Shown here piece after piece: positions 44,301-53,300 of a DNA stretch of 64,000 bases (position 1 is the first letter of the stretch; the number at the start of each line of letters is the position of its first letter). The stretch spans positions 5,270,001 through 5,334,000 of the forward strand of contig CM120643.1 of NCBI GenBank assembly GCA_051362555.1, in the 5' to 3' direction. The DNA is from Lingula anatina. Its lineage: Eukaryota; Animalia; Brachiopoda. The position numbers and the translations under genes were made by a program. The notes beneath the pieces are model-generated. The model was not told where the DNA came from. It saw nothing but the letters and a program-made list of their open reading frames with translations, and did no database searches.

Positions 44301-47300
44301 GTCAGAATTTAAATCATGATTCATCCAGTTGTGTTATTCAAAGACAAAAATATTAACTCTAATACTGGACACTCACATAGATCATGCCAGGAAAGATGCC
44401 ATATAAGACCATTGTTATACAACAATCAAAGACACTTATAAATCACTGAAACGCCCAGTTGTATCTTGATAAGTCAGACCACAACACATCCATCTCATCC
44501 CAGCTTATAAACAGCAGTTGTAGCATGAAGAGCTGAGTAATTCATCAATAGCGTGTAGACGCTGTAGAACCACTTCGCAGCTGCTTTGCATGTACTGATT
44601 AGGACTTATTTTGGCTGATTCCGCTGATCTTGATGAATGCTCTGAAGAAAAAATTAACCATGACATTCCCTTTTTTTTTCATTTGTAACCTTTTTTGAGG
44701 GCAAGTCCCCTCGTTGGTGATAATACAATGCAAAGTACTGTTATTTTTGTGTGTAGATTTTCCCTTGTACTATTTCTAAAATTATTGAGTACAATATGAA
44801 GTCAGAAAGTTTTCATTTATGATAGATCCAGAAATTTTGATTTACCTGTTGACTGTTTCGTCTGTTCTCTCTGACAGACTTGGTCACAATTGAATTACCT
44901 GTTCAGGTGAAGGTGGACAGGTAATTATCTCAGTCTTGATAATGACTTGTTAGTCCCTCTCGTCCCCCGTCCCCCCAGGGTGGGTTTGAGAATGTCATCA
45001 TACATGGGACAGCTTGTGTGCTCCTTCATCTCTGTTCATGGTGTGTTTCTTTCTTCTTATCCAGATGGATTCTAAAACTTTGCGTTAACTGTAATAATTT
45101 TCACTGGTTAGCACTTTTACATTGTCCCATTTTGGCACATGGTTGTTATCTGACATATGATCTGTGATGGTGGATTTGTGTAACACTCCTGTCGACATAG
45201 AGCGATTGGATCTGGTGTTGACTCCCTCACTTACATTTTCCTTTACATCTTTCTTGTGTTCCTCTAGCCTTGTTTCTAGTTTTCTTCTTGTCTCTCCAAC
45301 ATAGACTCTGTTACAGCTCACACACCCGATTTCATATACTATTCCACACTTCAAGTCATCAAGTCTGTCAGTGTCAAGGACCAGCTAGGCTCTGGGTTGA
45401 TGGTGTCAGGGACCAGCTAGGCTCCGGGTTGATGGTGTCAGGGACCAAATGTTGGATTTCTGGGGATTGACACGTCGGCTGATACTGAAATGAAAATGGA
45501 TAATTCTTATAAAAAGCGAAAGTCATCACAAGTGAAAATGGCATAAGCTGAATGATTTTTCTATAGTATCATAACATGGGTACTGCAAGGAAGCCTCTCT
45601 TGCCTTCTTCAAATGTATATCTATGCCTTGATTTTTTCCATACCTTCAAGCCAATCTATAAGTACCCAAATCCTTTGGCACTTTATCAATGTCTTCTTGA
45701 CCTGGCCTTCAAAATCTCCGGCCTATGCCCCTCATGGTTATTCATACATCACACTAAAATCACTTTTTATGAAAATGTACTATGTAAATAGTTTAATGAA
45801 AAAATTCACCTAAATACTTAAGGTACAATTACTGAAGAGATACACAGGATAATCATGCTTACATTTCTATAGTAGTTTACACTGTGAATGATATTGACAG
45901 TTATTATGAAAATGCCACAAATGGCATCACAAGAAGAACTGGGTAAAGGGTTGTTATGTGGACATGTTGAAATTGTATCACAATCTTTTGCTGTAGGTTA
46001 CTGGGAAATTTTGTTAAAATTTAGCAGTGAGAATGATCTTTCTCTGTTTAAGTTTCTCCCTATATTTGCCAGCTTTTGAGTCAATTGTTTAGAACCAAAC
46101 CAGTTCTGCCATTACCCCTGTGCCAATCTCCTCTGTGTAGTGTTCAGTTTGAGTTAATTTCAGGTACTTTTCTTTCATTTAGAATTGACGTGCATTCAGG
46201 ACTTTTTAAATGTCTTTTTAGCACGAATACTGGAAGATAGTGACCGAGCGCCAAGTTCATGTTGCTGTCCACGCTGGTCATGTAGGGACACAGCACTGGG
46301 GCAGTGGATTCCCAAACAAAAGGGAAAATCAATATTATAGGTAATTTACTCTATTTTTGACATTACTTTTCCTTATAAAATGGGAAATTGAAATCAGAAG
46401 TTCTCTCTAAGAAACTGTTTTAGTATATGACAACATGAGTATTACCAGAAACTGTAGAATGGTCTGTTTATATTTCAGTGTGGAATTTGCCAGAATATGG
46501 GGATTTAATTGATATGTTACAATGTGCTTGTAACAATATAAATGCAGTTAGTCAAAACTGGTGGTAAACACCTATTTAAAATAGGGAAAGATGATCTGAT
46601 GTCTTGCAGGTACAAAAAATAACAACACAAATTCCTTTGTGTGCAGTTTGAGTCATCTGTGGAGGTAAAACAAGATTGTGTGACATGATCAGAACAGATT
46701 GTTTTTATTTTCTCCAAAAGGAATCATATCTTTTTTCTTATGTTTTCTCATGGTGCACAATAACACTGATATTCTCATATGTTTAGATCATTTCTCTGAG
46801 GTTATGACTGCGCTTAAGGTGCTCTTCATATTATTCACCAACCAACATGAATTTTTGTGGGGTAAAAGAAAATTTTTTCGTACACAAAAATCATTGCTTG
46901 ACCATTCCCTGAATTTGGACTTGGATGCTTTATTCCATTTTTAATTTAATAATTGGCAAGTTATTTAGAATGACAAAGCATTCTTTCATGGCCTCACAAG
47001 TGAATGGCACAGTGAAATGTACTGTGGCCCTGCACCATGTATAATACATACATTGCAAGCTGCCAAGATGGCTGAAAAGAGGATAATGACACTAGGTACC
47101 CAGCTTTTATTTAATTGATTTATCATCTTAAGGTCTTAATTGGGAAATATAAGAATCTTTGCAAGATATAAATACAACTGTGGGGGATTTTCAAATGCTT
47201 GGTTTCATTACCTTATAGGGATAACAACTGTTCATTTTGGCCAAAAAATGAATTTTCCTGGGGCAAAAGACAATTTTCCATACTTCCCAATGATTAACGA

Positions 47301-50300
47301 ATCCATTCCCACATTCAAAGTTAGTCCCCATTTTTTTTTTTTTGTTTGTTTGTTTTTTTGTTTTTTTTTTTTCTAAAAAGTTTGTTTTTTTTGTAATATT
47401 CTCTTAAGAGATTATTACAAAGTGTAGTCATCTATGGAGGTCACATGATGTGATGGCAAGCACAAACTCTAGAATACATGCGTTAACTGCCTTTTTGGTG
47501 AGTTGTTTGCAATGTATTTATAGTGAAATATGGATATATTACGAACAGTTGTTATCCCTTTAAATAAATAGTATACTTAGTTATAGTTATTAAGATTACA
47601 TGACTTGTTACACCTGTATGCAGCTAAAGATTTGCTAAAGAGGGTGTTACATTCACCTTTTTCACCATACACTGCCAATATTTTACAGGTCATTGCATCA
47701 TTTTTTTTCCTGTGTATTTGCAGACATGGTTGGAACTTCAATAATGTACCTGAAAATGCGAATAATTTGCTGAAAGTCTTGGGGACTATAGAAAGTGAGT
47801 ATTCATGATATTATTGATGATGATTCAAAATACTACTACATGAGTATTGACTGCATTAAGCTAGTAAAATACTTGAGAATGCAATCATTAACTTTGGTAT
47901 AATCTGTGTCAGCTGTTTATTGTATGGCAGTCTTGTTTGGTTTTTTGAAAATTGAACTTAGTCCATTATTTTCTCCTAAAAGAAGTCACCTCTTTTTCTT
48001 ATCCCTGAAAGTAGTGCAATTTTAGAAGGATTCTGTGTTTGTTGGGGGGTGGGGGTGGGGGGTGTTGGAGTATGATATGATGTGATTTATTCAATATTAA
48101 AATTTAAATAACATAAAATATGTATATAAAGCATGATAAATACTAGTATTTCCATTGTGGTCCGCTTATTTCCATTGTGGCACTCTAGTTTATATGGGGA
48201 CATGTCTTGTTCTCTTTATGCTAGATTCCTCTCAGTTTATGTGAAGCAGTTCCTGTAGAACTGATATAAAGGGAATATGTAAAACATTTGGTCTTGTAGG
48301 TGTCACCACCCCTACTCTCCACATAGGCATGCTGTTCTCTACCTCCTGCTGGTCCCGGGACCCCCACTTGCTGCCATATATTGTGTACAATCACACAGGT
48401 GCTGATGTCATTTGGTAGGTATGAGGTCATGTACCAGTTAGCAGGACACTATCAATTAAGCCAATGGTGTGTTTAAGCTATGAAAATACAGGGAATCCTC
48501 AGAATGTTGCTTTCCAACCCAGCATCTATACATTGGTTTGACGTGTATTATGATGTAACTAGTACCAGTATATCATACAGAAGGGGATGATTTCATAAGA
48601 TCAGTATTTACATCATATGACAAACTGTGCAACAACCATATAGTGCTCATATCAAGCAGAATAATATATTATAATGTAATAATTAAAGCATATAATAATA
48701 ATAATAATAATATAATAAAGCAGATTTATTGATATTGATGCACTGGTTATAAGATCAATCAACTAATATAGGTCCTGATTTAAGTATAACTAAATTTTAA
48801 ATTTAGGTATTGTATTCCTGGAAGTGAAACACAGAAGTTTCAAACTGCAATGAAGAAACTAGTCCCCAGTCTTGTGACTGATCAGCCTGTCTGGTTACCT
48901 GAAGATACAGTAATGGTGAGTGTGTCTGCTGTTCTGATAGCAATATCATGTACACAAGATCCACAATGGTTGTGCCTCCAAGTCTTACCTAGCACACCCT
49001 GAAACCATCTGGTTTGACCTTCAGCTTACCATCATCATTGTGGTTTTCCAGATTTCTCCAAGATTACTGCTTATGGAAGGTGTTTCTGTGAACAGGACTG
49101 TGCAGAGTGCAGGGCAATTTATAGCAGTCTTCCCAGAATCATTTACTGCCACCTTGAGCTGTGGGTACAATGTCTTAGAGTCTGTCCACTTTGCTCCATC
49201 TAGCTGGATTCCACTGGGGAGAAAAGCTGATGGTGTAAGTATGTGGCTCACCAGCAAATATATAATAAATAAAAAAATACATATATAGCTGTTGTTACCT
49301 AAATTGTTGTTGTCATGAGACCCTTTCTGAAGTGCATGACCTATGTCCAGCTAATCACTAACCATTTTCCCCAAGTTGTTGTTTACACACATACAAAATC
49401 TACACATTTTGCAATTGCTAATTACTCTCTGGTTAGAGGGTGTCCAGGTTTAGAATAAAGCATTTTTTCTGATGCATTGATACGTGTGCTGTTAACAAAG
49501 TGGCTTTCAAGCCTGAACGATGATTGGAGAATGTCGTAGTGCAGTTTCCCGTGGCTGAATATAGTTGAACAATTTTTTTTTAATAAAGAACAGCCAATTC
49601 CTAAGATTATACTGACTTTAACTAATAGTCAGCTCAACTGTTGAAAAGTCTAATACTTAGACAACAGTATTTTGAAATTTGTTAAAGACTTCCTTACAGT
49701 ATGACAGATATTGATTTTGATTTTACAATGTTTACCAAGTTTCTGATATTTGCACTGGCTTTCACTGTCATAACGTAATGTCTCAGATCTGCACTTCAAG
49801 AGAGATTGACAGCAGTGTCAAATTTTACTTAGTGGGAATCAGTGGGATGTTTCAATTTTCTAAGGGTCAACCCGTTAGGTTACTCCTGGCCCTAATTACA
49901 TGTAAAATTTTATATGGTGAAATTGTATCTTAACAAGGGGATTGGCATGTTAGTGTTTCACATATCAAACTAGGGTCTTTGTTTGATGAGTCGTCATTTT
50001 AAATGTTTTCATCAAGTTAAATGCACTGTTAGTACTTTGTGACAACAGGAGTTTCACAGATAATAAGAATGTTTATCAATAAACTGAGTGTCACTGTAAT
50101 AATCAAGGTTGTTTTGATGTGATGTTACAGTTGCTGTCAGAGAGCAGTGAGTCTCAGTTATTCCCTGTGGAGCAGTTGTTCTGCAGTCTTGTTAGAGATG
50201 ACAGGACACCTGTGGACACCTTGAAACTGGTACTGCCAGAACTGACCGCTGTGATGTAAGTGCACTGCTAGGATAGAAACAAGGTTTACAAAAAAATTAA

Positions 50301-53300
50301 TAACAATCATATCATCATGTACATGCTGGCTGAACTTCAATATTGCTGTGATTTTTTCCTGTATTAAACAAGATACATACTGTACATGATTTCTAAGTTG
50401 TGTACTGAAGAAGAAACATTGAGGATTTTTAGGATTATTTTTGAAAAGAAATTAGGTTACACAGCTTCTAATTAACAATATTTCGTATCATATAATCAGC
50501 ATGAAACAAGTTGTTTATTTGAAGAAGTACATGTAAAATTGGAACATTTGAAGGAATCTTGTACATAGCCTTTTATACACTACTATCAAATGATCAGCAT
50601 GAAAGACTTTGTTGTGTGTTTGTATCATGTCTAAACATGTTGTCTGTTTAGAGAGGAGGAAAATTCTGCGCGCCAGCAGCTACTGGAGGCTGGTCTCCAC
50701 AGCTGGGAGAAAATGGAGCTTCCTGATGACCCATTCCCTGGGGGTAAGAGGAAGAAGTCCTTTGAGACCTTGGAGGAAGAGGACAATGTATGTGAAATAT
50801 GCAAGAAAATTTGCTATTTTTCTATGGTAAGTAAATATTACAAGCCCACCCATGTGGATCAGTCTTGTTTCACACATAGAAATAAATTTCCAATAACATT
50901 TTATTGAAATTATCTTACTTTCCCAACCCCTCAAGCTGATTGAAGCATTTTATTTGATGACAAAATTTAGCAGCAAAATACAAACTAGATGTCTAATTGG
51001 AGAGTAAATAGATGAGAAATGTGTAGTTTATAGCAATGAGGTTCTTGCCCAGTGTTGATAATTAGACCTTGGAGTATAGTAAAGACTGAAGGTTGGGCAT
51101 TCTGTGACAAAAGCAAAACGCCAAAAAAATATTAATATTAATAATATACAAGACACCAAAAATGGCACATTTACAGGAAAGATGAAGGAATTTTTTTTTC
51201 ATTGACAACTAAACATAACAGGTGGCAAAAGTTTTTCTTCAGAATTCTTTAAAAAGTCTGTGATTTTCACATCAACCTCAGGTATGGCCCGTCTTAAAGA
51301 AGTAAATGTTTTTGAAACTCACAATTTTTTGCCTTTGTTTTTAACCAACCATCAATACGCATATAGCACTGGCATTAGATATGCTATATGAGTAAGCCAA
51401 GAGCAAGCTTACAAGAGAAATTGAACATGTATACATGTATGCTAAAGAGCAAAAATTTTTCAAACAGACTTATGCCCATATAATACATAGTTTATACTTA
51501 AATTAAGTCAATCCTTTGTTATAAAAACTCTTAAAGTTTCAACAACAAGATAAATGCATTTTAAAGAAGGTCATGAGTGACCCATGGAGACTGGCCCTTG
51601 GTGGATTGAAATATTTCACAATACAGTTCTCTGTGACGAAATCTCATCACTAGCAGTACTCGACTCTGCTGTGAAGTCTCTTGTACTGAAGGTAGGGAAA
51701 TAAAGCAGCTAGTCAACGTCTCTCAAATTGAAAGTCAGAAGAAAAAGTCCAAAGAACAGCATGTTTTGTGATAAGCAGAATTGTCAATAATACTTCATAA
51801 TGGAAATCTGCATCAAGATAAGAGTGTTTAATATTGTGTGTTTGGTATCTCTGTACACGTCTAAAAGAAAAACAATTAAAAGTTTTAACTAAATTAATCA
51901 GAAGTCAAGGTGAATCCTCTTTCAGGTGTGAAAGCAACATCATTTCTGGCACTTTTTCCAGCAACACATTTAATAATATTAATAATAATAATTGAATAAT
52001 AATGATAATAGTATAATAATAATATTTAATCGACTTACACACACACACACACACACACTATATATATATATCAGAAATTTGAATACCGACAGAGCTCTTA
52101 AAAGTGAAAAAGAAATAATAATAACAATAAAATCCTGAAGTTTAAGATCTAAAAATAAAATGATTAATAAGATAATGTATTAAAATAAAAGATAAAATTA
52201 AAAACTAGAATTAAAACTGACACATGGTAAAAACTTTTTAAAAATATCTTATTTCTTTTGAAAGTTAAAAGTCAATACCACATATAAAGAGCAGGGTGCA
52301 GGTGAATACAGTTTTATCTACCTACCTGTACAATCCCTAACAAGAGAACAATTTGCAGTCATTAAATGGGGTGCTTCTTCAGGTGTGCAAACTATGCCTT
52401 CACAATGAATAATAATTTATAATTGTTTGTAATTAGAATTAGTAGATGTGCTTGGACTTGGGTGTCAACTTGGGTATAAGGCAGTGTAGAATGAAATATC
52501 ATGTGCCTGATAAATAAAGGAATGGGACAAAATGACAATAAGAGAAAAGGAAAAGAAAATTGAAGAACTACGTAGCTTACCAACAGAAAACAATTTATAA
52601 TGAGGTCTGCTTCAGTCATCATTCAGGTGTGAAAACTGTGTTGTTTATGACACTTTCTAGAACCATTTTATCTACCAGGACAATCTCTGCTGTTCCTCAG
52701 CGATTGCTTTTGATTAGACATTGTGGATGGGCTTGGGTTTAGGTGTCAGTTTTGGACACAACAACAATTCAAACAAATTGTGGTTTACAGTGTATATAAT
52801 ATTATATATATATTGCTCTGCCTATAACTATCAGTATCTGTAGTATCTCTTACTTTCCAAATGCTTCAGAACATAAAGGAATCACTTAATATCATTAGTG
52901 AAATGCAAACTAATAACATACAAGCTGAACTTCCCTTTCCACAATTTTTCCTCTGTCATGGTACTTTTTAGGTCTAATCTTAGTCAAGCAAGCTACTACT
53001 ATTCATCAATGTCAAAGCTTACAAAAATGTAAATTGACAATTTTTTGAGGTGGGATAGGCCAATAAGATGATAAATAACACACATAAATAAAATACTTAA
53101 AGGGTAACTAACAAAGTGTGCCTGCTATGAATATTGAATGGTGGGCTTGACAGGATGGCATAATTGTTGGCCCGTATTGCAACTAGTCTACGTCACACAG
53201 CAGTGCATCCAGGAATTGTATGAAGTCAAAATGGCGATTTTCTCTCCTTTTAGATATAACAAATCAAATGACTAAAGCTGAAAACATAGTGGTAAGACAT

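Noticed and set aside
45888-46079. ORF with YWEI as a candidate JARID2 EYW exon
   Set aside because: The exon at 46222-46340 gives the full EYW..HVAVH..GSGFP match with correct phases.
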